Origin: Ascidiella aspersa
Lineage: Eukaryota
Assembly (NCBI GenBank): GCA_963924565.1
Contig: OZ004610.1
Coordinates: forward strand, 9,052,001 to 9,116,000
Direction of reading: 5' to 3'
Length of the DNA stretch: 64,000 nt
The position numbers were made by a program, and so were the translations under genes. This document shows positions 1 to 12,665 of this stretch, one piece after another (position 1 is the stretch's first letter; the number at the start of each line of letters is the position of its first letter). Below the pieces are notes generated by a model. The model worked only from the letters and a program-made list of their open reading frames with translations, was not told the DNA's origin and did no database searches.

Positions 1-746
1 ATTTTTCCAAACTAATTAAGTCAAGTGACCCAAATGACTTGCCTGACATGTTTTCAGTCTTCACACATGGGCATGAGATCGTAATTCTAAATAGTTTTAC
101 CTACATTAAAAGTTAACGTGATATATGTTTTTTATGTACATCGCAAGAATCTTTTAATGACTACCACCTTATCCTAAAAAAGAGAAGTGTTGCCTTGGGG
201 ACTTATCAACATACGTTGGTTGGTCGAACGGTCATCCGCAATTTTGCCTATAGCCTAGGCTAGGTAATAAACCAAAAACTTTGGGCAATGTTTACTGGTT
301 AGAAACGATTAGGCGGCGTACAATCGGAGATGTTTGGTGACATAATAACTGGTCCCCGAATCGATAGCGGTGCCAACTCGTCCGATCACCATGTTTGCAA
401 ACGCTCTTTTTAATGACTACTAAAGTGGTAATAAAACAGTTTTGCTGAACATTATGTTTGCGCTAATGATGGCTGTTTTGTCGAACTAAAACTATATTAG
501 ACTTGAATAAAAGCACAGCGATTGTACAGTTTTATTCAAGCTTTTGCTGTTGAAACGAACAAAACGTATTAGGTTGTAATCATTATAGGTTTACCAAAAA
601 TAGGTCCCATCTTCATCTGCCATTTTGCACATCTGCACCTATCTCGGTAACTTTTTAAACGAAGCGGGTTAAAATAACATGACAAATACCAGTAAAATTG
701 TTTAACCATCTATAGCCAAAAAACACACACGGAGGATTTTTAACTA

Positions 747-752
747 TTTATT
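747..752 (-). terminator. Probable MCM4 polyadenylation signal AATAAA
   Basis: TTTATT on plus, about 570 bp past the MCM4 stop; a second one lies near 531-536. Confidence 0.45.
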
Positions 753-943
753 AAACAACGTTATATACAAAACCAACAAAAAATAGCAGCGGGCGTGTAG
801 AAAAAAAGGCAGTGGCTTTTCAGCAGCACGATTCTGTAATCTGACAAGAACCAGCGTTCCATGACAATCGATTTACAGGCCTGGGTTGCAAAAATGGAAT
901 GAATTTTTTCAATGATTGAAACACTATACGAAATCAGAACAGA

Positions 944-1133
944 AATATTTTTTAGGCACAACAAGACTATTAGCGTCTCTTTTCATGGTTTGGCAACAGG
1001 CACAATGTAAGGAGGCATCTAAATTCACGTGCGAACTTAAAGTTGTAAATATTTTTTCGCCACAAGAAGAATATTAGCGACCCTTTTCATGGTTTGCCAA
1101 CAGGCACGCCGTTAAGCGGCATCTAAATTCACG
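944..1133. repeat. Tandem duplication (~104 bp period) in the MCM4 3' region
   Basis: attagcg...cttttcatggtttg.caacaggcac...ggcatctaaattcacg occurs at about 969-1030 and 1073-1133. Confidence 0.85.
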
Positions 1134-1319
1134 AGAGAATACATTGAATACATTAAATACATTAACTGAAATGACAAGCTCGTATCGAAACATCTTAATC
1201 AAGATGATGTCGATCTACTCGACCTTTTTGGCTTTGCAATCATTATCGAACTCCAAGCTGTTGTGTTACTTTAAAAGAAACGAGGAACTTTGCCAAAAAC
1301 ACAGCAACAGACGTTTGGC

Positions 1320-4300
1320 TCAGCACAGGCGGATGACGTCACCGGTTCGTACCAGGTACTCGTCGTCCTGAAGTGAGCGCAGTGTTTCGTCGAACATTGC
1401 CTGTGTGATGATCTGGTCGGTCTGGCCGCGCCACCGGTCCAGCAGAAGCCGACAGCGGATGGTCGGGCCGCCCTTGGCGCCGCCTTGCGACCCACGACCC
1501 TTGTCCTGCTCGATTAGCTGCTTGAGGGCGCCCTTAAGCTCGTCCTGGCGCTTGCGAGCTGTGGCGCTCATGCCTAGATAACAAAAAAAACGCGAAATAT
1601 TAATAATTTGAGAAAATTACACCATATGTTTCTTTTATAGCGGATTTTGGTAAGGTTAAATTTGTGGTTGATGTGTCTGAGAGCAACCGAGTGCATTAAC
1701 TTAATGGGAAACATTGGGGGCACACAATACTCATTCCTTTTTGGGAGACGTTTTGTTGCTGTGTTTGCGTGTGCGCTAATGATAGACGAGATATTTTTTG
1801 GTTCGCTGTCTTTTTAGTTTTCTCGTGTTTTTGTGAGTTTGTTCGGAGCGGTCATTGCTATTAAACGCACAAAGTTAAAGTTCTTTCTTATTCAGAATAA
1901 ATAGCCTTTTTGCATATGGTTTTCGAGAAAAGGACCGTTGCCTGACAATTCGTTGTATATAATTAAATGTAATTCTTGTTCAAATTTTAGTTTAATTGGT
2001 TTCCAAAGAATTTGGCCATTTTATTCGAACTTAAGAAAACTAAAATAATCTAATTCTAAAATAATTTAAAAAAAAACAACTCAAAAGCTCTTATTCTAAT
2101 CTAAATTCAAAAAGCCAAAATAAACGTAATTGTTTCAGCCTGCTTACCGGTGGTCAAAATCGAGATGTCGACGATGCCAGTGCGCGGGTCGGTCGCCGAC
2201 TGCTTCAAAGCCTCGCGGTAAAGTCTCAGTGCTTCGCGCACGTCGGCACGTTCCACCTTTAGCGAGAGACGCGTCTTGGCGTGCGCCTCGGCCAGACGAA
2301 TAAGGGATTCCAGCTGACGAGGGTAGGCGGTCACGCCCCCGCCGCGCCCACTGCCACCGCCCTTGCGCATCTCCACGTACGCCTGTGTGGTAAAGGTTTT
2401 ATTTTTTGGTCGGTTGGTTGGTAGGTTGAAATTTGTGTATAAGCCGAAAATATGTCTCAACGTTTCTAAGGACGGAATGATCAGTTAATTGCGTGATGGC
2501 TGTCCACACCAAAATTTAAGTTATCACTTTGATTATAAAAGTGTCTTTACGTGGTGCAAACAAAAAATAAACCAACATTTATGGTAATTAGTTTGGTGTA
2601 AACGAAGTATAACACCAGAAGCGCGATTTATATCTATTGATATGTTGCCTGGTTGAGCTAACTATATTCATGCCCAATGCCCATTGTCTAATAAACTAGA
2701 AACTAAATGTAACCTCGAAAAAGGACTATTTTGTAGTTGCGTTTATTAAAACTTGACAATACAAGATTTTGTTCAAAAAAAAAAAAGGTTTTGTTACTTA
2801 TTTTTCTCTTTTTAATTATGTGGCCCGAAAAAAAAACATTTTTTTTGGACACATGTTGCTTTTGTCCGAATTATTTTATTTTTTTTTTTTGCCCAGGTTC
2901 TAAGGGGTGGTTTTTAGGGGGGCAAAACTGTCATTTTTTGTTAATTTTGGTTTTGAGCACTTTTCAGAGATAAAAGAAAGTAATAAAAATCCGATATATT
3001 TTCATTTTTTTTCTTATCAGCCCACAGTGTGGCGGCTTAAAATTGCTCAACTTCTATTTTCCAGGAGAAATTAATTGTTAAACAGAAACCTATCAAGGTA
3101 AACAACCTGTCGTCCAAACAAACACAAAATTACCTGAACAAGTTCCTGACCAGCCTCTTCGGTCAGTCGCGGCTTGATGGTCACCCTGGCGTAGGCGAGG
3201 TAATCCTTGAGCAACTCAGAGTCGAGAACGTCCATCTCAACTTCCTGGGCCGACCGGTGGTACAGCGACACCAGGTGACTGGCCAGGCGCCGGTCGTAGG
3301 CCTCGTCCTGAAATGTGTGAAAAAGATGAAGCGTTGGCTTATTGGCGTATGCAGTTCAATGGCTATTAAAAGTGAATGATGTTGATATGCTTTTTTCTGT
3401 TGGCTTATTTGAATTTCTCATAGTTTGGGAAAAATAAGGGGGGGGGGGGTACTATTGTAGAATCCAATACCATTGGCAGCACATTTTTGCTGCCTGTCTT
3501 TAGCTGCTCTATTGACCTTGTTATTATCATGATCAGAAATACCATGCACTTTATTAACTTTTTGAAATAGGCAATTGACATCGTCGCTTAAATATTTTAA
3601 TTTGAAATCCCTTTGCGTAATTTTTCCACGTCAAGGCAACAGAACGCGAAACGAAACAGTTGAAGGAATCGAAAGAGGCCTGTAACTATTCCAGGCCACA
3701 AAAAGAAGTCCAACGCGGTATGTATGTTACAAAAAAAGTGAAAACCATGTCTGGGCCACAAAATATAAGCCAGAAGTAGATTCCGATTCACAAAAGTTGC
3801 CCAAACCACCTAAAGGGACCCGGAACCATTACAGACCACAAATATACGCCCAAATCGGTATAGGTTACAAAAGAAATGGGCAAAACATGTCTGGGTCACA
3901 AAAACAAGCCGAAACTAGAATCCGATTCCTAAAATTTCCCAAACCAGTCTCCCAACCCACAAAAAGTTGGTTCACAAACATTCCCACGACTCACTAAAAC
4001 GCACCTGCGGGTCGAGCATAAGAAAGATGAGGTCGAAGCGCGACATGAGCGTGTGCGGCAGCATGATGTTCTCGACGATGGTCTTGCGCGGGTTCCACTG
4101 CGACTCGCACGGGTTGGCGGCGGCCAGCACCGAAGTACGAGCGTTCAGCTGGCAGATGATGCCCGCCTTGGCGATCGAGAGCGTCTGCTGCTCCATGACC
4201 TCGTGCAAAATCGACCTTTAGGCGGAAAACGGGGATGGATAGAGTGTTTAACGAATAAACACCAAAATGACACCCTGGATATAGTTTTCGGTGGAAATTT

Positions 4301-7300
4301 TTTTGACACTTTAGGACTTTATGGCACGGAGAAGAGATTAACCGGTATTTCATTTACAGACAATAGATTTTTTTGCACAGAAGCCGATATTTTTTTCATC
4401 AGGTGTGGATTGAAATAAGAAGGCCTAGAAGGATTTTAGACCTCGGTAAAGAAGAGAAATTCTGGTGCTCAAGTGGATGTTCCTTAGTCGACTTTAACTT
4501 TATTTTTTAGGTATTTTAAGACCGATTGCTACATTATAAGCCCTTTATATTATGGATGTTATATATTATAAACAGTTCTGATGAATTATGAAACACATTT
4601 CGAATCGACAATCAAACAATAGAGCTTACAATGCACAAACTTAAGCCAAGGTTTAAATTGCTAAAATATACTAATTTAACATATCGACAGATAATGTTTT
4701 CAATATGTGAGTTTAAAAAACACAAAGGCTTAACTAACATAAAAATGTGACTGTGGTGCGGCATAAACAAAATTGCCAAATTGGTTCTTTCTTTGGATTG
4801 GAATGAAGGAAACAAAGGAAACTAACTCTTACCTGGTGCTGTCGCTCATTTTGTCGAACTCGTCGATGCAGCAAACTCCGTTATCGGAAAGCACAAGTGC
4901 GCCCGGCTGCATCATCAGTTGCTTCGTTTCCGCTTCTTTTGTGATGTAGGCTGTCAATCCGACCGCACTGGAACCCTAAATAGAACATATTTTTGAAAAA
5001 AAATTGTTTTGTGTTTTAAAAAGTTTAAAAATGTCAATTTCGGGCTATAGGTTTTTTTTGAAATGCTGGTTTAATAAAAATTAACCATTTCAGGTTTTAA
5101 ACTAAAGCAAAGGATTACAAAATCAACTCTGTGCGGAAGACGAAAAAGGTAAAACTTTAAAGAATACAAAAACGCTGTTTAAAAACACTCTGCCCCATCG
5201 AGGGGAGGGTCAGGGTATTTTGTCAAACAGATAAGGGTCTTTTGTCAAGCACCGATCATCGACGCTCACAGCTTTACCTTTCCGTTTGTGTACTGTCCCC
5301 TGGGCGCCAGCTTTTCGTGCACATATCGCAACAGCTGGGACTTGCTGGTACCAGGGTCTCCGCACAAAAGCACGTGCATCTCCGACCTGAGGCCACCCTT
5401 CACGCCGCCTTTCGGGCCGGTCTTCTTCAGAACTTTCCTCGATCCGCCGAACAACTGGTGGAAATTCAGAGTCAACTGTCTATTAAAATTTAGCGAGAAA
5501 TCTTCACAAAGTTTCAAATTAGCCTAGTAAAGCAGTCTTCGGGTGATTACAACGAGATTAACCCGAGACAAGGGAGTTCGGCTTCCGACCATAGGGTACT
5601 ATCCTGTTACACTGGTATTTTGTTCTTTCGAGTGCTTTGGGTCAATGTTTTTCAACCTATAAGGCACCAAAGGTTGTCTTGAGTTTACTTTCCATATACT
5701 ACTCGAGTCGGGTGAGTTGACTTAATGCATTTAAGTTGACTTAATGCACTTAAGTCACTATTCTAAAATCGTGTTACGTGATTTGGAATTTGGTATAAAC
5801 TGGCTCGACTTGATTGAAGGTCATTTTGAAATATGATTTAAATTAAAATTAGGCAATTTATTTAAATGACTTAGCCTTACCTAGACTTTAGTCATTTAAA
5901 ATAACCTGTTAAAAATATTGAACGTTTAATACTCGCTAGCCAAAAAACTACCTTAGTAAAACCAAGATACCCGTAGAAAACGCACAATCATTAAATCAAG
6001 TCCAATACCTTAATATTTGTTTTCATTTTGCTCGGCGGCAACAATTTACGGGAAAATCGTGTGTTACGGCTTTCACCTGCAGGAGAATCCCTTTTTTGAT
6101 GTCGTCGTGCTCGTAGACGCTGGGAGCCACGGCGCGAGCCAAGCGATCGTAAACATCAGGATGTTGCGACAACTCGCGAATCTCCTCAATCCTTTCCTTA
6201 GAAAACTGAACCTGAACACGTACAAAATTGTGTTGCGGTTATTTAGTTAAAAACGATACAGATTAAGTTTAAAATAAAATAAAGTTTTAAGCTTAAGATG
6301 CGCACGCAGCGAAATGTTTTCTTCCATTAGTTGCGAAGAAATTGCACAGCAAAATATGAAAATTATATATTGAGTCACGATACAGCATAAGAAAATAAAT
6401 TAAAAGTTTTAACATTAAGATGCACGCAGCGAGATATTGTCCTCAACTGCTGTAATCGCTTCTTATATTGCGGCGGGTAAAAAATTCATAATCCGAAATA
6501 AAAAAATAAGCCCGGCAAAGGGTTTTAAAAACAGCCACATCCCAATCTCGATCCTAACCCAGCCTATCATTTTCTACGAAATTAAAAATGATTTAAATCC
6601 TTCCTCAAACACGGCGCCCGATAAGAGGGTTGCCGAAATAAAGGAACAGCCACAGCTGATTTCTAACCTGGCAGTCGTCGTCGTCGGCGCTCTCGTACAG
6701 CTGCTGGCGCTTGCCTTCCTTCTTCTGGAAATGGAGGACGTCGACGTGCGTCCGATACACCGACTTGACGTTACGCATGCGTGGGTTGGCACGCAACGGC
6801 TGCGCCCGATAGACACCCGTGACCACGATGCGATCTCCCGGCTGCACTGCGTCCACCAGGTCGCCGTAGGCGTGAAGGGCCACCGAGTGCGGCGTCTGGC
6901 CGGCCGGCATGTCGTCTGGCGCTTCTTGGAGCTTGACCAGTTGCCTGCGCAGAAATGAGAAGGGTTATAAAATTGGAAAAATGGACAGAGCGCAGGTTTC
7001 TGTTTGGTATGAGGGTTTTGGTGGGTCGGTGAATGTTAAAGCGCTTTAAAGCAAAAATTTGGCCTATTTTTTGAAGATGTAGCAAGATTTTGACGTGGCT
7101 AAAACACATGAGATAGGTTAAGGTTTTAATTTTTGCTTAAATAAAATATATTGCGTCTTTAAAAATGGGATAAAACATGGTAAAAATTTAACAAGGTACT
7201 GATTATATTGAAATCATACTACCAGTATTTACCTAAACGCGCAAATCTAACTTAGACTTTATTTTCAGATATTTTAAGTTGAAATCTAAACTTTTAATTC

Positions 7301-9528
7301 AACAAAAGCGGTCATTATTAGTTACTTATAAAGTTTTAATCGAGTGATCCAATAGTGCACAACCTTACTCTTTAAACTCACCTGTCTGTAAACAGCGATC
7401 TGTTGTGAATCAAGGACATCGAGTAGCTGGTTTTGCACTGGGCGCAAACGGTTGGTTCGGCGATGCGACCGCGCTCAATCTCCACAGATACTTCGTGATT
7501 GCAAACGTTGCAACGGAAGAAGCCTTCACGCATCTCAGGTATAAGCGACGACAAGCGAATGACCATCCCGCTGATGGTGATCAGCTGGTCGATGTCTTCC
7601 GGATTAAGGGATCTCATATTTTTCGTGCGCTCAGCGTTGAATGGCTTCACCTAAACATTTTTTCGACCCAAACAAATCAGTTTCATTAGATTCCACAATT
7701 CTACCGATGTTAAACAGTTGTCATAAGAAAAAAAATGCTTAACCAACTGATTTGAATTCTACTATATGTTTGTTTCAGTTGTTACTTTTTTGAAATACAA
7801 AAGTCAGTGTGTGATTGCTGATTTATTTAAAGAGCGATTAAGTGCAAATAAGAGATAAAACAATATTTAAGAAAAACATTAAATGAAGGGAATTTTTGTA
7901 ACAATTTTTACCTGTATTTGGTGAGACAAGGCTATGTCAGGAAATTTAGCAAAAAACATCTCATTAATTGCCATGTCAAAAGTTGGAATGACTTCCTGAA
8001 ATAAAAAAGGTAACAATCAGTAATCTACTTTTAAAACGAGTCATAAAACTATTTAACGCGGTATTGGTTCTATATATACAGTAAAAACAGCATAATATAT
8101 AACTTTATTTACAATTTACAAACCTGTGGATAACATATTAGCTGTCGGTACAAATCATTGTCATAGGCTTTTAAATGAGCGCAGTCAACATCAAAATATG
8201 GTTCTTCTGTTACACTAATCTCCTCCATTTTTCTCAAGTACACAGGTTCATTGACGTCCATTCCATCGACACCATCTTCATTCTCACCTTCAGGAACAAA
8301 CCTAGAGATAAAATACAAATGTAAAACTCTGTATAGTTATAGCAATACATTTTCAATAATTTTAAAGCATTTAAGGATAAATCATTTCAAGTAAATGTCA
8401 ATGAGCCACAAATATGCCTATACAAATAAAATAAACCATCCAAGATGCTAAAGCAGGGTATCCCACAGCCGCCAGTAAAATGTGTTTATTGGTTGAAAAT
8501 GGCAAAACTTTTAAATTCAAACAAAATGGGCTTAGGCACATAAAAATATTTGTATATTACTAAAAATACTTAAATATATTTTCTAGTTTAACAGAAATTG
8601 GACTAAATTGTAGATTATGGTGGCCCATAACACAAAAACCCTGCCTAGGCTTAGACCTGTTTCAACATTTCAATTTGCGAACTAGGTGAGCACAACACGT
8701 ATCTTTTTAGCAACTTTACATACCACAAACAAGGAAATACAAAATCACAAAAAACATTAGACGGGTTATTACCTATTGATAAAGTTTGAGAATTTGGTTT
8801 TGCAGTGACTGACAACCACATCTGTCCCCCAGATAACAAGTTGGCCAGCGGTGTCTGCCGGCATGAGAACTTCCTCATTTTCTTCCGGAATAGGTTCTGG
8901 TATGTTAGGACCTGATTGGTCCGAGTTCAGGTTAACTGTTCGCACACGGCTACTGCTTCCCAAATCTGGTCGCTGGCGAACCTAGAAAAAAAACAAGTAA
9001 AGGATCTAAATTTACTCCTAAATTTTACGAAGCTATTTAAAAGATTAAAGGTCAATAAGCTACACACCCCTTTCAACAAATAACTTTGTATAGCATATTG
9101 TAGTTAAAATCTTTTTTTAAACAATCAAACATAATATTTGACATTTAATAGTTTGAATATTCAATATAACAGACCAATCCTTTTTACAGACAGCTGGTTT
9201 TAAAGCACTGTATCAAAAAGATTGACTGGTAAAAAAGCTTATCAAACCTAAAACTTACCGGTGTTTGTGCACCTCTTGGAGTTTTACTAGGAGTAAGGCC
9301 TGAGCCACCAGGAGTCCTGGCACTTCCAGGTGTGCCATAAAACAATGGGGAGCTTAGGTCGATTTCACTGACATTCGCCGGAGTTTGCGGGGCCAGGATG
9401 GAGTCTGATGTGGCATCAAGCAAGCCTGTTTGATTGGCAGGAGTCGGTGGCATCATGGCGAGGTCACTGCTCGTATCCATGTCGTTACTTTGACGGCTTC
9501 TGCCACGACGGCGTCCAGGTGAAGACAT
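1320..9528 (-). CDS. MCM4: DNA replication licensing factor MCM4, 13 coding exons, 871 aa
   Basis: Exons in transcription order: 9528-9259, 8981-8773, 8301-8124, 7995-7912, 7650-7382, 6944-6668, 6211-6077, 5454-5278, 4975-4833, 4215-4005, 3307-3134, 2382-2148, 1573-1320. All introns are GT-AG with compatible phases; CDS totals 2616 nt. Motifs: S/TP-rich N-terminus, [17 protein letters not shown]4 zinc finger (CNVC...CAQC), Walker [12 protein letters not shown], Walker B IDEFDKM, arginine finger [25 protein letters not shown]. Confidence 0.98.
3743..3946. repeat. Degenerate ~140 bp tandem duplication in MCM4 intron 10
   Basis: catgtctggg.cacaaaa...aagcc...tagattccgattc...cccaaacca occurs twice, at about 3743 and 3883. 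Confidence 0.75.
5643..5895. mobile_element. Decayed MITE fragments in MCM4 intron 7
   Basis: caatgtttttcaacctata at 5643 is nearly the reverse complement of the hAT end at 16750-16770. A run of degenerate gactt/gactcgagtc repeats follows. Confidence 0.4.
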
Positions 9529-9755
9529 AATTGGTTGTACTTAAACCTTACACCGCAAAAAACTAAAGCACAAATGAAAGTGATGTTTAAATGGGGAAAA
9601 ACAACTATATATAAATTTATACAAAAAATAAAGACAGCAACACACAGAGTTCCTATTTGTTGAAAAGGAATTCTGTTTGACAATAGTTGACAAGATTTGT
9701 TATAACCTTTGTCGGTTAGGCAGTAAAGTACAAAAATATAACACTTAAGTACAAA

Positions 9756-11102
9756 CTAAGAACAGTTCGCAACAACCTCTTCCATATAAAGAGAAAGCTG
9801 ATCGCTAATTTTGTCTACATCATGCAACAGCAGCTTTTCGGTTTCCCGAAGCTTCTCCATTTTTTCATTGTGGTTTGAAATAATTTTCTCCTTCAGTGCT
9901 TTAGCACTTTCAATCTCTTTGATGCGACTTTTAATTTGAGTATTTTTGCTCTCTACCTTCGCAGAGAGGCCTGTTAGTTCACCTTCTAGTTCCAAAAGAT
10001 GTTGCTTGGCTGACTTAATCTGTTTTTCTCCCCGCAGTTTTAATCGACGGATTTGGTCTTTATTGGTTGCTATCTGCTGTGACAAGTTTTCGTTTTCCTT
10101 TCGCAGCTTAGCCATTGACAAAGACCTTGTTTCTGTCTCAAATTTTATCTTCATTAAATTATCCTTTGTCAGTTGAATGTGTTCAATTGAAGAGCAGTAT
10201 TCCTTTCGTAGCTGAATGTCATGTTGCCCACGTTCAACGGTTTGTTTCAGACGATCGATTTTTCTTTCAATTTCTCTGTGAAGCTCTTTGTTTTTGACAA
10301 AATTTTCCTTGGCAGTTTCTTTCTTTTGCAAAAGGACTTTTCGCTTTTCCAGCTGCTTGCCAGGACTGCTAACCACTTGATCCTGTAGGTTCTGCTTCTC
10401 TGTTAAGTACTTACTTAAATCTTCGTTGGCTGCAGTGAGCTCTTCATTGCACTTTGAAAGTTCCATTTTTGCGGCAGCCTTGTCCTGTTCCTTAAGCTTT
10501 TGCTCGTCCAAGATCTTTTGGAACTTACCCTTGCAAACATTCAGTTCCACAAGCTGATCAGCAAAGAGCGTTTCGTGTCGTCGCAAATAGTCATTAACAT
10601 CTCTCAGTGAGTTTTCGAGTTTGCTGTTCTCGTCAAGCAGGTCCTGTCGCTTCTGGAGAATTTCCACAGACTTGCTATTACAGGTCTCCCACTCGGTCAT
10701 AAAAAAGTCCCAGGAGCGAATGTAGTTGATAATGATGTTGAGGAAGTGATGGATTCTCTTCCATTTGGGATAAATCAGGTCGCGTCTTTCCATCCTGAGT
10801 TGAGGCACAGACCTGTTGAGCAAGAAAGGGACATTGATTGTCATCATTGTGGTCGGACCATACAGCTCCGGATTTACAAGCTCCCCAATAAGCAATGCCT
10901 GGCCCAGATTTTCTGTCTCAATACCCAGTTTCTGTAATATGCTTGTGCACAATTGAAGGACCAGAGCACTGCTTGGAGCTTTTAGCTGCTCAACAGTCAC
11001 ATGACAAATCGAGTCACCAAGAAGCCCACTCTGTATGGCTTGATTTATGTCGGGTTCTTCCAGCAGGGGTGCCTCATAGGTTAACTCTTTATCGCTGTAC
11101 AT
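9756..11102 (-). CDS. NUF2: Kinetochore protein Nuf2 (NDC80 complex), intronless, 448 aa
   Basis: Single ORF. The N-terminal CH-like domain contains DLIYPKWKRIHHFLNIIINYI (human NUF2 has [21 protein letters not shown]). A long coiled coil follows, broken by the characteristic VVSSP motif. Length is typical of Nuf2. Confidence 0.88.
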   Translation of the reverse strand: MYSDKELTYEAPLLEEPDINQAIQSGLLGDSICHVTVEQLKAPSSALVLQLCTSILQKLGIETENLGQALLIGELVNPELYGPTTMMTINVPFLLNRSVPQLRMERRDLIYPKWKRIHHFLNIIINYIRSWDFFMTEWETCNSKSVEILQKRQDLLDENSKLENSLRDVNDYLRRHETLFADQLVELNVCKGKFQKILDEQKLKEQDKAAAKMELSKCNEELTAANEDLSKYLTEKQNLQDQVVSSPGKQLEKRKVLLQKKETAKENFVKNKELHREIERKIDRLKQTVERGQHDIQLRKEYCSSIEHIQLTKDNLMKIKFETETRSLSMAKLRKENENLSQQIATNKDQIRRLKLRGEKQIKSAKQHLLELEGELTGLSAKVESKNTQIKSRIKEIESAKALKEKIISNHNEKMEKLRETEKLLLHDVDKISDQLSLYMEEVVANCS

Positions 11103-11570
11103 TATTGCTATTTGACTGTAATTCCTTGAAAATAGGAATCAAGACAAATAAATAGGTTAATAGTTTTAAAGTTTTAACTGCACCCCCAAAGCACATTGTG
11201 AAAGTAACATTGCTTGAAAAAAGTTATACACAAATCCCCAAATGTAAAAAATACGAAAAAAGCTATGTATGCCACAATATAGAACTTTTCAGGGAGAACA
11301 TTTCATTTGCAGATGAACTTAATGTAAAACAAAACAAAAATGCATTTTAACAGCTCAACAAGTTTTAAACAGATTTTTTTTAGAAACAAATGTCAATTAC
11401 CCTTTACAACCATGCAAAAAACTCAAAATCATGGAGAGAAATGCAACCGACAAAAAACTACAAATTAGGGAAATATTCGTGCTACCAATAAATAAGACTT
11501 TTTTTGGGAGAAATTAAAGTAATTAAAAAAAATACGACCAAAAGTTTTCTGCATATATATAAATTGAAAG

Positions 11571-12665
11571 CTATTTTTTTGTCACAAGCAAAACATCTTC
11601 ATGGCACAGTTTATGACTCAGGCCAACATGCTGTCCATGATATTTTGCACTCTGTCCCCAAATTTGGCCGTATTTAAAGTTAGCCACTAATGTTCTGTGA
11701 ATGGAGTGGCATGCATGTTCCACAGTGCTGCCAGACCTCAAAATAAGCCCATCTTCAAAGTCGGGTTTCTTTCCTGGTTTTTTAGTGTAGACAGTGATCA
11801 GGGCAAGGTACTTCCACATTACATCTTTAAAGTAGTCAAGGTTGAGGAGCATGTTGCAGCTGATCACAACACAGTGTGGTTGTCGAGCGATCCTATCTAC
11901 TTCCTCAATGGAAATTTGATCGATCTTGTTGTAAACGTAGATGCAAGGCATGTACTTGCGGTTTCCAACAATGACATCAATGAGTTCCTCTACAGTGTAG
12001 TCATCTCGAAAAACAAGGTCTGCATTGAAGATCTTATACTCATGCAGGATGAGGTTTATCATCCGTTCAGAAATTTTAGTCAGGGGGCATGTGGCAGTTA
12101 TCGAGATGCCACCACCTTTCTTTTCCTTGTAGTAAATATTTGGCCGTTTCTTGTTCAAACGGATGCCCACAGCTTCCAATTCCTTTGTTAAGAGTTCTTT
12201 CTGCACATCGCCCTTCAGTGCATCAAGCATCATCACCACCATGTCAGCAGTTCGTCCGACAGCGATCACCTGCCTTCCTCTTCCTTTTCCAGCAGCGGCT
12301 CCCTCTATAATCCCGGGCAAATCTAGAAGCTGGATATTTGCGCCATTGTGTTGGATAACTCCAGGGATGCAGGTTAAGGTTGTAAATTCATAGGATGCTG
12401 TAACACTGGTGGTTGAGGTCAGGGTGGAGAGCAGAGTCGATTTGCCAACAGATGGAAAGCCGATAAGTGCCACCCGGGCATCTCCAGATTTCATGACATC
12501 AAATCCTTCCCCTTTCGCCGATGTTGTCTTTGAACCCTCCAAAAGCTGAGCTCTGTATCTTGCAAGTTTGGCCTTTAGCAAACCCAAATGATACTCGGTG
12601 GCTTTGTTTTTCTGGGTCCTTGCAATCTCCTTTTCCACCTCAGAAATTTTTTCAAGAATCCCCAT
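11571..12665 (-). CDS. DRG2: Developmentally regulated GTP-binding protein 2, intronless, 364 aa
   Basis: True start is MGILEKISEVEKEIARTQKNKATEYHLGLLKAKLA (ATG at 12665; the ORF track starts at an upstream TTG). Contains G1 GFPSVGKS, YEFTT, DLPG, NKID and a C-terminal TGS domain. MGILEKI, ATEYHLG and KSGDARVAL favour DRG2 over DRG1. Confidence 0.96.
   Translation of the reverse strand: MGILEKISEVEKEIARTQKNKATEYHLGLLKAKLARYRAQLLEGSKTTSAKGEGFDVMKSGDARVALIGFPSVGKSTLLSTLTSTTSVTASYEFTTLTCIPGVIQHNGANIQLLDLPGIIEGAAAGKGRGRQVIAVGRTADMVVMMLDALKGDVQKELLTKELEAVGIRLNKKRPNIYYKEKKGGGISITATCPLTKISERMINLILHEYKIFNADLVFRDDYTVEELIDVIVGNRKYMPCIYVYNKIDQISIEEVDRIARQPHCVVISCNMLLNLDYFKDVMWKYLALITVYTKKPGKKPDFEDGLILRSGSTVEHACHSIHRTLVANFKYGQIWGQSAKYHGQHVGLSHKLCHEDVLLVTKK

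Noticed and set aside
1-520. Possible last exons of a convergent plus-strand gene (AATAAA near 430 and 506)
   Set aside because: Candidate exons could not be joined in a consistent phase and give no recognisable peptide.
6437-6958. 173-aa plus-strand ORF and other antisense ORFs over MCM4, DRG2 and MESD
   Set aside because: Antisense shadows of real exons with no independent signals.
8454-8643. hAT-like ends (cagggt...accctg) in MCM4 intron 2
   Set aside because: TIR only about 6 bp and no matching TSD.
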